DNA from: Marsupella aquatica
Lineage: Eukaryota > Plantae > Marchantiophyta
Length of the DNA: 64,000 nt
Direction of reading: 5' to 3'
Assembly (NCBI GenBank): GCA_973895155.1
Contig: OZ316898.1
Coordinates: 19,231,292-19,295,291, forward strand
The translations under genes and the position numbers were made by a program. A model generated the notes under the pieces. It was not told the DNA's origin. It was given only the letters and a program-made list of their open reading frames with translations, and ran no database searches. Every line of letters begins with the position of its first letter. The stretch's first letter is position 1. Below, piece by piece: positions 1-12,610 of this stretch.

Positions 1-420
1 GGAATAAGCATCTGCGTCGTTGTCACTACAAGCATGTGAGAAGTCAAGTGAATAGGAAATTTAGAATTTGGCTATTCACCGGACTCATTGAAATTTGAGA
101 GAGCTTAGATGTAAAATATCAGGAATGACCATCTGCATCATTGTCACTTCAAGCATGTGAGAAGTCAAGTGAGTAGAAAATTTAGAATTTGGCAATTCAC
201 CGGACTCATTGAAATTTGAGTGGGCCTAGATATGTATCGACGAAGATTGGAATTTAGGCCATTTAAACCCACAGTAACTTGAACCCAATAATAGAGATAG
301 AAGGTCAAAATTGAGAGCAGGGCAACGAACATCGAATTTATGCCATTTAAACCTACAGGAACTTGAACCCAATAATAGAGATAGAAGGTCAGAATTGAGA
401 GAAGGGCAACGAACATTGAC
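1..420. repeat. Short local tandem duplications
   Basis: The block catctgc(g/a)tc(g/a)ttgtcact...gaaatttgag occurs at about 9-99 and 131-220. The block ccatttaaacc...gggcaacgaacat occurs at about 259-332 and 343-416. Confidence 0.75.
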
Positions 421-589
421 AACGGGATTCGATAGACCAGGATGGAAGAATCCCACATCAAGGACTACCGACCATTTCACGTTGGCCCCCTCCCATGCAC
501 ATCATTTCCGGTTGAAAAATCATTGACCCGAGAGCCAAGTAGTCAGTGACAGTGGTTATGCTACACTAGCCCCATGCCCGTGCGTTGCA

Positions 590-1570
590 CGAAAGATGTT
601 GAGTGAGATCAAGATGTTGAGGTGAGGGCAAGATTTTGAGTGAGGGCAAAATTTCTAGGTGAGGGCAAGACGTCGAGGTAAGGGCAAGATTCCGAGTGAG
701 GGCTGGATGTCGAGGTGAATGCAACATTTTGAGGTTAAGGCAAGATGTCAAGGTGAGGACAAGATTTTGAGGTGAGGGCAAGATGTCGAGTGAGGGGAAG
801 ATGTTGAGGCAAGGGCAAGACGTTGAGGAGAGACAAAGATTTTGAGGAGAGGGTAAGATGTCGAGGAAATGCGAAGATGTCAAGGAGATGCGAAGATGTC
901 AAGGAGATGCAAAGATGTTCAACAGAAGGCCAGATGTCGAGGAGAGGCAAAGATGTCCAGGCGAGAGCAAGATGTCAATGGGAGAGAAAGATGTCAAGGC
1001 GAGACAAAAAATGTTTGGATGAGGGCAAGATGTCGAGGCAAGGGCCAGATGTCGAAGATGTCAAGGCGAGACAAAAAATGTTTAGATGAGGGCAAGATGT
1101 CGAGGCAAGGGCCAGATGTCGAGGATGTCGAGGAGATGCGAAGATGTTGAGGCAAGGGCAAGATGTCGAGGAGAGGCAAAGATGTCAAGCGAGATCAAAG
1201 CAAGGCAAAAGACAAATAATTACAGAGAAATTAAGGCAATGTTCAGAAATAAATTAAAGGAAATAAAAGCAAAAAAACAGACACAAAAGGCAAAGTGGGA
1301 GAAACCCAACATACTGAAAGGGAGTTAGAGGAATAGTGTCCAGAGCTATTAATGGAGTTTTGCAGATCAAGGGCCACAAAAAACTTCTTTTCCATCCAAT
1401 GGTTGAGGTTGAGCCTGGCCCAATCTTGCGACTATAAGCAGATGATCCCATAAATGGATGGGATCCCTTATTGTGTGATAGCCCAATGCCCAAGAATTTG
1501 AGGCGAGGCAAGGATGTTGAAGAGAGTGAAAATGTCAAGGCAGGAGCAAGACAGAAATGTTGAGGCAAGA
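590..1570. repeat. Degenerate minisatellite array, core GAGGGCAAGATGTC(G/A)AG, unit about 19 bp
   Basis: Dozens of variants of gagggcaagatgtcgagg between 590 and 1200, plus a few at 1500-1570. The overlapping ORFs here are repeat translations. Confidence 0.85.
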
Positions 1571-2916
1571 CAACAATGTGGAGGAGGGAAACACTTTTTG
1601 CTTTAATGTTTTATTTTTCAAGATTTTGATAAATAAGTATTTTTATGCACAAAAAACTATAAGTTTCCATCATGGGAAAGCTTTTGGCTGGCAAAAATAT
1701 TATCCCCTCTATCATTTTCTTGCTTTGCAGTTTTTTCCATGTACTCAACTTTATTTTACTTCTTTTTGTCCCTTTATCTTTAGAAACCAACCTCTCCCCT
1801 CTCCCTCCTTGTGGCTTTTCCCTTTTATCTTTGAAAACCAGCCCTCTCCCTTCCTTGTGGCTTCAAGTCTCTAGGGTATTTATATAACTTGGGACAGTAA
1901 TAGATATACTACGACCCCAATTGTCCCTCAGTGACAATTATTGTTTGTAGATGTACCTTATAATCATACTCTATGCAAAATACAAAAAATTTGACATGCC
2001 CCAAAAGTTTATAGTTGGGATGTGTGAAACTTATTAATAAAAGAGAAAGAAACATTTTAGATGATGTCACATAAAAATGTACATAAGAAATACCTCATGT
2101 ACTGTGTATTATACTATAAAGAGAAGTATATCATTTGACACTCTTGGTGAATCAATCCAAGAGTACACAAAAAACTTAAAAATAATCTGACGGTTTAGCT
2201 TGATTCCCTCCATTTTCAATTTTGTAAGCAGACGAAAATATTTTTTGGCTGCATTGCATATTATAGATGTAGATTTCAGTGTAGATTTGTGGCGATAAAT
2301 ACTGTCGTTCTTTGTCGCTTCAAAATGTTACCATCCTTTGTTTACTTTCCATGCTCTCCTTCGCCTGCCACTTTAAAATAAAATAAAAACCAGGTTCGGC
2401 TTCAATTTTCGCATACCAACATTTTCGTTCTCGTTCTGGTCTAGCACATCTGGTTTTCCTTCTCTTTCCGTCAAATAGAATTGCATGAGATTACTTATGA
2501 AATTCAAAATGTGGCCTCCAGTAACTACCACAGTATATGTTAGTTTGTTTCTGTGTATGAAAAAGCCCCGATCTAGGTGGCCCGTCCTCGATTGGGTGGG
2601 GATCATTGGTTATGTTGTCTTGTAGCACAATATCTTTATTTTTTCTTGTAGAACAAGACAAGGATGTATATATATAGACTATATTAAAAAATTGAATTAA
2701 AAAATAAATTGTTCTTAGTAGTTATAATGGAAACTCCTTAATAAATTTAGTGTGAAAATATGACAAAGCCTATGACTATTAATGCATGAGTGCATATTGT
2801 CTATATATACAGTTTAGAGAGTTTCATTGAGAGATCTGGCGTAGCAAAAATGGAGACAAAAGGTACACAATACAAAGTATAGTTATAATGTATTTGTACA
2901 CAAAGTAACTTGAAAT

Positions 2917-2978
2917 GTAGCCCAACTGTTAAGACTCTCATGTGGAGACTGGAGATCCTTGGTTCAGTACTTGCACCA
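2917..2978 (+). other. Degenerate tRNA-like or SINE-head-like sequence
   Basis: An A-box-like tagcccaactgtta and a B-box-like ggttcagtac lie at tRNA-like spacing. No complete cloverleaf was seen. Confidence 0.3.
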
Positions 2979-3859
2979 GACAGCGCCTTGTACTTTTAAC
3001 AAATTGAAGAGTGTGAAAAACTCTCCCACTACCAAAGCAGGTAAATGAAAATTGTATAGGGGTTGATTGACACTTGTGAAAATTAAATTTCTAAGAGAAA
3101 ATAAAGGGGGTCTCTCCTAACTCTAAACTGGACAAAGGAACAAAGATCAGCCATCATAAAGTACAAATCATCTTGGTACCTTGTTCAGGAGAATACTCAG
3201 ATTACTTTGTCGTATGTTTTATATGTATCTTTCTTTGGATTAATTTTATGCAAGGTGTATCCTTTGTATTTTTGGAATTTGAAATCAGTTTTATTCCCTC
3301 TTAATGTTTTAAAATTTTGTTTTTGAGACCCCCTTCAGGTCTATATTTATTTTTCAATCTTGCTTATCCTTTGTTAGAACATGTTGTTTTATCCTCATAT
3401 TCAAGTTATGTTAAATTGATTGATTCTTCACACTATTATCACCGGCCTGGACCCAAAGCTATCTATTCTCAATTAGTGTAATGAAATTCAAGAGTTGTGG
3501 GAAACAAACATTTCACCTCCTCCCCTCTTAACTAGAGCTCAGAGTTCTGTGGCATAAGTTTACCATTTTGAGTAACTTACCTCTCACTGGCCGGTCTAAG
3601 TCATTATGAAGAAAACATAAGAGACCACCATTTTTGGAAAGGGATTCATACTACATTAGAAGCTAAATAGTTGTCTACTATATGGCATGTGGGGATAAAG
3701 TGGGGCCAACACATAACCTGAACCCCTTTGATACTACAAAGTGGTCGATTAAATCATTTCTCAAGCGGAAATGGTTTAATTTTTTGTGAATTTCCCTATT
3801 GGCCTCAAAGAATTTGAGCCAGGGCACTAACCTTTGTCTCACATTTGGTGTCCTCACCC

Positions 3860-4704
3860 TCACTGATATGGAGAAAAATCTTCACCTCTTCATCCTCCAG
3901 TATCATATTGTGAAGGACCACACATGCATCTTCACAGACACCTCTTGATAATTTCATCATTCACAGACACCTACAGCTCATTCAAAACCCTCTTCAAAAT
4001 TGAGTCTCGATACATAGGATTGTCAAAGAAATAATCATTTGACAGATCCTGTGCACCCTTCTCTCTACTCCAGTTGACATTCATGCATTTGTCTGGCCTT
4101 GATCCTCCATGTTTTCTTTCTGTTGGAGGTGCCAAAAATATGTTGGATGGACAATGGTCCACTATACATCATCATCCCAATTGTCTTCATCGTTTTCCTC
4201 CATTTTCAAGAAAATTTCCCTCCATGGCTCCCTCCATGTTTGCATAGGATCCATAGCAGTAAACCTACGCAACACAGATCTGAAAAACATAGAGCACAAA
4301 CACAGTCACAAGCACAATCATCGCCCAGACATGCTCTAATACCAATTGTTGAGCATGGACTACATTCACAATGGTAAGCCCATGAGACATCTAACACACA
4401 ACTAGTCAACACAAGCGATATGTGGTTCACCACCTTGCGGTTACATCCATAGGAACACACAGGAGATCGGGTTTTACTGAACTTTAAGCCTGTCGGCCAT
4501 ACCGAGTTTCCACAGTGTAAGCTCTCCTTATCTCAAGTGATTGCGTAACAATGAGTCTTAGTTCCACTTATCCAAGCAAGCACCACTTAGGATATAGTGT
4601 GCAACGTAATTAACCTAACCATGTCTCAAACTATGGTTAGCCTAACTATGGTTACATGTTGTACCCGATGTTGTAACCCTAGACCTAAGAGTAAATACCT
4701 AACA
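3860..4704 (-). mobile_element. Truncated older copia relative: 5' LTR (4347-4704), PBS and decayed leader/gag
   Basis: The LTR runs tgttgagcat...cctaaca and resembles the LTR at 5359. The adjacent gctctaatacca (4333-4344) is the reverse complement of a tRNA-iMet PBS variant. Confidence 0.7.
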
Positions 4705-5104
4705 AATGTATAACAGATGACGTTGTGCTAAAGCTATAGTCTGTTGAGAAAAAATATCATGGTGAAAAAGATGGATTGAGTAAAAGATTTTGTTTGTTAG
4801 AAAAATCTCTTTACATAAAAAATGTTGTTGAGTAAAAGATGTCATAACTCAAAAGAGAGACCACATTGACTGCCCAAAAGTATAACAAAGCAAGAATATT
4901 TTTTTTCTTTGTTTTTATCATTTTTTCTTTTTTAAAGTTTAACACCCCACCCCCAACCAACCCCTCTGGCCGCCCCCTCCCCTCTTCTTCTGGCCCTCTT
5001 TTATTATTTTTTTGGTCTCCTCTTTCTCTCATTGATAGATTATGCACTACTTTGTTGACTATGTAATATTTGCAATTAAACTCCTATGATTATGTAGCAC
5101 CTGT

Positions 5105-5293
5105 ATGCATTCATGATATAGCATTGATGGTATAGAGAGGAGCATGGTATTGCATGAATGGTCAAAGGAAGAGCACTCCATGGTGTAGCATGCATGATAT
5201 AGCATTGATGGTATAGAGAGGAGCATGGTATTGCATGAAGGGTCAAGGAAGAGCACTCCATGGTGTAGCATGCATGGTATAGCATGGATGGTA
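5105..5293. repeat. Tandem repeat, unit about 85 bp, about 2.2 copies
   Basis: catgatatagcattgatggtatagagaggagcatggtattgcatgaa...gagcactccatggtgtagcatg is repeated directly. Confidence 0.8.
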
Positions 5294-5898
5294 ATGGGGA
5301 GACTTTCTGTTTGCTTCTAACATGAAGAAACCTACACATACTTTTTCATTCACATTCATGTTGAGCATAGACAACATTCGTAACGGCAAGCCCATGAACC
5401 ATCCAACGCACAATAGTCGACACAGAGAGATACGTGGTTCACCTCCACATGAGGCTACGTCCACGGGAACACACAAGAGCTTTACTGCACTCTAGGCCGA
5501 CCGGCCATACCAAGCACCCACAGCACAAGCTCTTCCTATCTCTCAACTAGCTCCATAACAATGAGCCTTTGTTCCACCAGGGTCTGGCATCAGCCCTGGC
5601 TATATGCACAACAGCACTACCGCTAACCTTAGCTAGGTCCTAACCTGAGTTAGCCTAACTGTGGTTAGCACAAGAGTCACAAGACTAGAGCAATATCTAA
5701 CAAACTCCCCCTTGACTCTTGTCTTGGGGACTGGACTAAAAGCTACCATATGGAATCCTCAGCGGGAAGTTCTAGACAATCACCAAACCAGGTCTCCCCC
5801 TAAAAACCACAAGGGTTAACTAGAACTAAGCCGTAGCCTAACAGGAATGAGTAATCCATATACAAATAGTCACACATTGCTAAATAACTCTACTTGCA

Positions 5899-8800
5899 CT
5901 ACAACTGCAAAACCTGCAAAGTAGCACGGTGTCTTGAGAAACTCTCCAAAGGAATCACTTTGGTAAAGGCATCAGCGGGATTGAGCTTTCCATCAATCTT
6001 GACTAGCTCAAAAGTTTTATCAGACACTGCTTGCCTGATAAAATGGTACTTGATATCAATGTGTTTCACCCTGCTATCCATCACCTGGTTAGCAGCCAAG
6101 TGAAGAGCACTCTGACTATCACAGTTTAGAGTCATTTTTCCATGCTCTAAACCCATCTCCGTGATCAACTTATCCAACCAAATTGCTTCCTTTGCTGCAA
6201 CATACTCTGCTTCTGTAGTAGACTAAGATATGCACTTCTGCAAGGTAGATTTCCAACTGATACATCCTCCTCCAAGAGTGTATACAAACCCAGTTGTAGA
6301 CCTCCTTGTATCCAGACAGCCTCCATAGTCAGAATCTACATAGCCAACCAACGTTCTATCTGATCTGTTATCAAATAGTAATCCATAGTCTTGTGTTCCC
6401 TTCACATACCTGAGAATCCATTTCACAGCTTCCCAGTGTACCTTCCCTGGATTTGACATGAATCTGCTAACCTTGCCCATCGCTAGGGCCAAGTCAGGCC
6501 TAGTACAAGTCATCAAATACATCAGACTGCCTACTGCCTTCTCATAAGGAATCTTAGCCATCAGACCTTTCTCCACAGCATCCGTAGGAAAGAAAGCCGA
6601 TGATAACTTGAAATGTGAAGCTAAAGGAATACTCACTGGCTTACAGTTTTCCATGTTGAATCGTGCAAGTACTTTCCTCGCATAATGGCCTTGACTCAAG
6701 CACAACTGTCCAGTCTCAGAGTTCCTAAAAATCTCCATCCCTAAGATCCTCTTGGCCTTACCAAGATCCTTCATCCTGAATTGAGCACTCAATTTTGCCT
6801 TGAGACTGTCAACCTCAGATTGATCTTTAGCCACAATCAGCATGTCATCCACATAGATCACCAGAATGATGAAACCGAATACATCATTCTTGACTGATTT
6901 TGTATACACACAAGGATCATACACCATCCTTGTAAAACCTTGAGCAAGCATGAAATCATCAAACCGCTTGTTCCATTATCTGGGAGACTGCTTCAATCCA
7001 TACAAGGACTTGAGCAATCTGCAAACTAAGTTCTCTTGGCCCTTCTTCATAAAGCCTAGTGGTTGTCTCATGAAGATCATCTCTTCCAAGTTGCCATAGA
7101 GAAAAGCAGTAACAACATCCATCTGATCCATCACCAGACCAAAAAACACAACAAGCTGACACAAGATCCGAATTGTGGAATACTTAGTTACTGTCACGCG
7201 ATTGACATGGGTCTTAACACCAAAGACGTCACTATGGGTGCCAAAACCATCTCCTTGTACCTGAGGATCACGAAGGGATGCTGTGAAGGCCGGTAAACAC
7301 CAATTTATACCCTTAACACCAGACTATCATAGCAAGACTCTGTCACACATCACCCAAGCTCAATTCCTAGGAACCAAGGTTGGGAATCAGATCCTGTGCT
7401 CATGATAGTTCTGGTGAGAAGGGGTCGTCATATCGGGCCCGTACACACAGGGCCCAGCGCTACGGTGCGCATAGGTCTATACGTATGCTTACTGTCATAG
7501 GTATGTTTCTATTCCGCCGCCGGAATGTACCCATAAACCAGTGACTCCTGACTGATTCCCGGCTTAGGGACTTCTAAGCCATTGCCCCACCACTCTGCCA
7601 TTCCACTCTCAGCAATCAGAGCTGTGATAGCCCTCACCCAACCCACTTCAATGCACCCAGTACACCTCTCAGTGGCGCTGCTAGTCTCATCATACACTCA
7701 GATTGCCTCACACACACACATATCCATGAGAGAAATGAGGCCTGAGAGGAAAACTCAATTAGATTCAACGATGTGCACAATAGTTCACTGAGAACACTTG
7801 ATCCGAACACTAGGCCCGAAGGCTGTCTCCTCCAGATTGCGACGCGCTTGCCCCGCAAGCCCCGTGCTTGCCATGCAAGCTCAATCCTGAACCTGAGCCC
7901 GGCTCACTCCAGATTGCGACGGCAGATTGGACTCGAACCAATCCCGTACATGCCTTGCAAACTCAATCCTGAACTCAACCTCCTTCATTGCACTTAATTC
8001 TTGGGGACACGTACAGATCTCACACCTCCATTTCAGAATGTCAAGTTACACATGCACAGTTGACTCGACTTCAAAGCTGGTACCAGGCCTAACGACGATC
8101 TACCCCAGACTGCAATGAGGCCCGGCCTCACGCTTGCCCTGCAAGCTCAGCTCTGGCCATAGATCCCTTAGTGCTCTCCACCAGACAAAGGCCGGGACTC
8201 CCCATGGATCACGTAGTCTTGCCAGACTGAACTGTAAATGCTCCTCCTGCTGCCCCTTAATCAGTATCTCAGCCTCCCTAATGTGCCCACCGCAAATCGA
8301 ATTGAAATCCTCCCCACAGTTTACAATCACCAACACATCACCTATCACCAAGGCTCTGTATCGGGGGAAAAGAACCCAGTTGTGCTGCCCACTAGAAAGA
8401 GCCACAATCCAGCTCGCAAACCTAGCAACCCGTTGCTGTGAAGCTTGGCTGATTACTCCGTGAGTAATAGCACAACCAAGCTCTCCCCAACACGCAGCGT
8501 CCAGGTCCAGCCTTGCTTGCACAGAGCTCCTCCCTGCTGCTCAGTCTAAGTGAGATCACACAACTAAAGTCCCCCCCTATCTCTACCGGGGGGCTGCTCT
8601 ATATACTCTCATATTGAGCCCAAATGGCTGGGTACTACGTTGCTGGAGCCCCATCCCAGCCCTAACAGAGCCGCCACTATCTCTAACTACTGAACCCTAA
8701 CTCGCAGCTTTATTTCTATCTCGAATTGGCTATGTACTTCGGATTTGGCCCTCCTCCATGGTTTTCGCGAGCTTACGCCTCCTCTCCTGATTTCTGTATT

Positions 8801-11800
8801 CAACCATTTGCTGCGTGGATAGCAGCGTTGGAAGCGGCTTGAGCTCCTCTTTCCAACGAGGTCAATTATAGCCGATTTGGTCAAATACACAGAGAGTTAT
8901 GCCCCCGCAACCGAGAGGGGGTACTCATTGCTGCGCTAACCCAAGTTACATAGCTAACCCGAGTTCGGCTAACCTAGCTATCCTATCTAACCCGAGTAGA
9001 GCTAACCCGTGGTCTCGGGTTAGGCCGCTACCCGCTATCCGCTATCCGCTAACCTAGCCTAAGCTGAGCCCGAACCCGAGCTTACCTATGCTAACCTGAG
9101 CCCGAGTTTAGGCTAACCCGAGTTCAATCTAATCCGAACCTAGGTTAAGCCTAAGCTGAAGCCGTGCTTACCTGAGCTAAGCTGAAGCCGTGCTGACCTG
9201 GGCTAAGCTGAAGCCGTGCTTACCTGAGCTAAGCTGAAGCCGTGCTCACATAAGCTAAGCCATGGTCGAGCTTGGGTTAACCCGAAACTGAAGCCGAATC
9301 CGCTAATTCCGGCCATAAGTTAACCCGTCACACTAATCAGGCCGTATCTCTCTTAATACACCTCCGTTTCCCGAGTGTTTTATATTGATGTTACTCGCCT
9401 TGACCAGATCTTTCCAATGCTCTTTACAGATCCGGATTTGGTGACATATTGAAAGAAATATGGTCGTCGACCACCCGCGATATAGTTTTTATTTCCCTAC
9501 TCTTAACGCCATGATTGCCCTTATTCTTGCCATCTTGCTAATTGTTATGTAATATCAATAGCTACTCCTTGCATACAGCAACCTACTTAATCAGATTACA
9601 AAATAAGGACCATGTCATTGGCGTCACAGCTACCGGTGAAAAGACCTCATTGTAATCCACTCCTTTCTCCTGAGTGAATCCCTTGGCAACAAGCCGTGCC
9701 TTGTAGATCTTATCTCCACCCTCTGAAGGACTGTCCTTCAACTTGTAAATCCACTTGTTGTCCACCACTTGCTGACCTCTTGGAAGCTCCACCAGCTCCC
9801 ATGTCTTGTTGTCACTCAAAGATTGCAACTCCCTCTGCATTGCTGCATTCCACTCATGCTTCTGCTCTGAAGCACAAGCCTCACTATACGAAGAAGGCTC
9901 TCCTTCTTCCAAGATCAAAGCCATATCATCTTCATCAGGTGCAATGTCAATATCATCTAGCTTAGATGAGTCTGTCCATTGACCATACCTGGTAGGAGCT
10001 CTAGTAGAACGACTGGAAGTTCTTCTAGTAGATGACTCAGGCTGATCTACTACTGTTGCTGGTTGAATTTGAGGTACCCCAGCAACAATCTGCTCCTCTT
10101 GTTCCATCACAGGAACCAGCTCCAAGCCCGAAGCTTCTCCATCTCTCCTGTCATGAACTGCATCATGACTAATCTCCCCCTCAACCCGGTCCGGGATGGG
10201 AGATTTCCCCTTGTCAGTATGGGAGTCCTGAGAACTCTCCCCCTCCTTTGATGATCTGGATTCATTAAAGGACACATCTCTACTGACAATTAGTTTACAG
10301 GTTACTGGATCCCATAACCTATAACCCTTAACACCTTTCTGATAGCCAAGGAAAATGCACTTCTTCGACTTGGACTCCAGCTTGGATCGAAGCTGGGAAG
10401 GTGTAAGCACATAAGCATCACATCCAAAAATCCTCAAATGTGAGTAATCTGCTGGACGCCTGTACCTCATTTCAAATGGCGTCTTGAATCCAATAGAACT
10501 GGATGGAGAAAAATTTACAAAATAAGCTGTAGTGTTGACAGCTTCAGCCCAAAACTCATGTGGTAAGCATGATTGACTCAACATACTCCTCGAGCGGTCC
10601 AATAGTGTTCGGTTGAGTCTCTCAGAAACACCATTCTGCTGAGGAGTATAACCTGTTGTGAGATGGCGGGTGATCCCCTGCTCCTTACAATATGTTCCAA
10701 ATTCACCGGAACTGTATTCACCGTCGTTATCCGATCAAAGATATCTTACCTTATTACCAGTCTGATTCTCTACTTGGGCTTTCCACTCCTTAAAAGTGGC
10801 AAAAACATCAAACTTATTGTGTAGAAAGTATATCCACACATACCTTGAGTAATCGTCTATGAACGTGACATAGTATAACCATCCAGAATGTGAGGGAGTA
10901 GGGGCTGGACCCCACACATCACTATGTACATACTCAAGTACCTCCTTGCTGGTGTGAGTTCCAACTCCGAAGGGTTTCCTGTGCTGCTTCCCTAGCACAC
11001 AGTGCTCACAAAATTCCAACTTACAAGATTGCAAATTAGAAAGTAATCCTTTCTTCTGAAGAATAACCAAACCTTTTTCACTCATGTGGCCCAAACGGAA
11101 GTGCCACAGCCGGGCTGTCTCCTCATGAGATAAGGTTACATTGGCTTCATCACAAACTACACTGCCCTCCAAAACGTATAGATTGCTATGTCTCTTTCCC
11201 TTCAATACAACTTTAGTACCAGTTGAAACCTGAAGGACACCATTAGCAAAGCTCCACTGATGGCCATTTGCTTCTAAAACTCCAAGTGAAATGAGATTTT
11301 TCATCATGCTGGGAATATGTCTCACATTCCTCAACTTTCTCACAGCACCATCAAACATCTGAAATCTTACAGATCCAAGTCCAACAACTTGACATGGGAT
11401 TCCATTTCCCATCAACACTGACCCGTTGGAAACCGTGTAAGAACTAAAATAATCTCTTCTAGAGCAAATGTGAAAAGTACATGCACTATCTAGAATCCAG
11501 TCATCACTACCTGGATTTGACACTACGTTGAGAGCATAACCTTGACATCACAATATGTCATCATCATCTAGTAAATCTACCTCATGCGAGCTCGATGCCG
11601 CATTAGCAAAGGCAGTAGGGACCTTTACTCGACAATCCCTTTTCATGTGGCCAGGCTTGCCACAATTCCAACATGCAAGAGGCTTCCTCTTGCGATTTCC
11701 CTCTGGATTTAGATCTCCCCCGTGATGTAGATCTAAACCTGTTTTGCCCATTCGTGCGCTGCGCTGCTCTTCCCCTGTTCACATTCAGCGCAGTGCCAGA

Positions 11801-12610
11801 AGAAGATGCTGTCTGTGATAGACCCAGCTTCTTCTGAGCATCATCAGACAGTAATGAGCTCACCACCTCATTATACGAAATAGACTTCAAATCTCTGTAC
11901 AAGAGCACCTATTTCAAGCCCTGATAAGACGGCGGTAAGGAGCTTAGCAGAAGCAAGGCCTTATCCTCATCTTCAACTCCTTTTCCTAGGTTTGACAGAT
12001 CCACCGCTAGACTGTCAAATTCATCCAGGTGATTTTGCATCTTGCTCCCTTCCTTGAGCCTAAGGCTCATCAAGAGAGACTTCTTGTACAGCCGGTCTGA
12101 CGCATCTTCCCGGTAGTACTTCTCTCTTAGAGCCTTGAACAGTGACGTGCAATCTGCATAATCATCCAGCTGCTTGATGATGTGCGGCTTGAGATATAGC
12201 ATCACTGCATTGACAGCAATCACCTGCTCCTGTCTCCACTGTCTCAAAGAAATCTCCTCCTCTCCATCATACTGCTCTCGCGAAGAGAGCAGATGAGCTA
12301 AGCCCATGGCCCGTAGAACACCCTTCACTTGCTTCTCCCACAGCAAGTAGTCAGTACGACCATCGTACTTCTCCACCTCAAACTTTACTCCTCCGAATCT
12401 AGCCATCTCCCTCTTCTTCCCTACTACCGACAGCTCTGGTAGTAACACAGCTTCCTCCACTGCACGCCGCACCGGTGATCGTACCGGTGTCACTAGTTCT
12501 TCCTCAAACGGTAGCAGCTCCTCCTCAGACTCTCCGTCTGACCGTCGCGATCCTGAAGCTCCACCGACGCCAATTCTTCCAGTATCCTCCGAGTCACTCA
12601 TATGAAACAA
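5899..12610 (-). pseudogene. copia gag-pol of copy 1, split by stops, frameshifts and a solo-LTR insertion
   Basis: ORF fragments 11909-12610, 11603-11908, 11548-11751, 10735-11523, 9583-10602, 6976-7197, 6223-6951 and 5899-6177 carry gag, zinc knuckle, PR, GAG-pre-integrase, rve, RT and RNaseH motifs in order. Confidence 0.95.
7192..9628 (-). mobile_element. 2.4-kb solo LTR (probably Ty3/gypsy) inserted in the copia RT
   Basis: TGTCAC...GTCACA termini with an imperfect 19-bp terminal inverted repeat and TSD GTTAC/GCTAC. Removal rejoins FSPVA|KYSTIR, matching the copy at 39818. A TATA-like motif lies on the minus strand near 8600 and tandem gctaagctgaagccgtgc repeats lie at about 9150-9260. 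Confidence 0.85.

Noticed and set aside
566-1568. ORFs with periodic sequence
   Set aside because: They are translations of the minisatellite.
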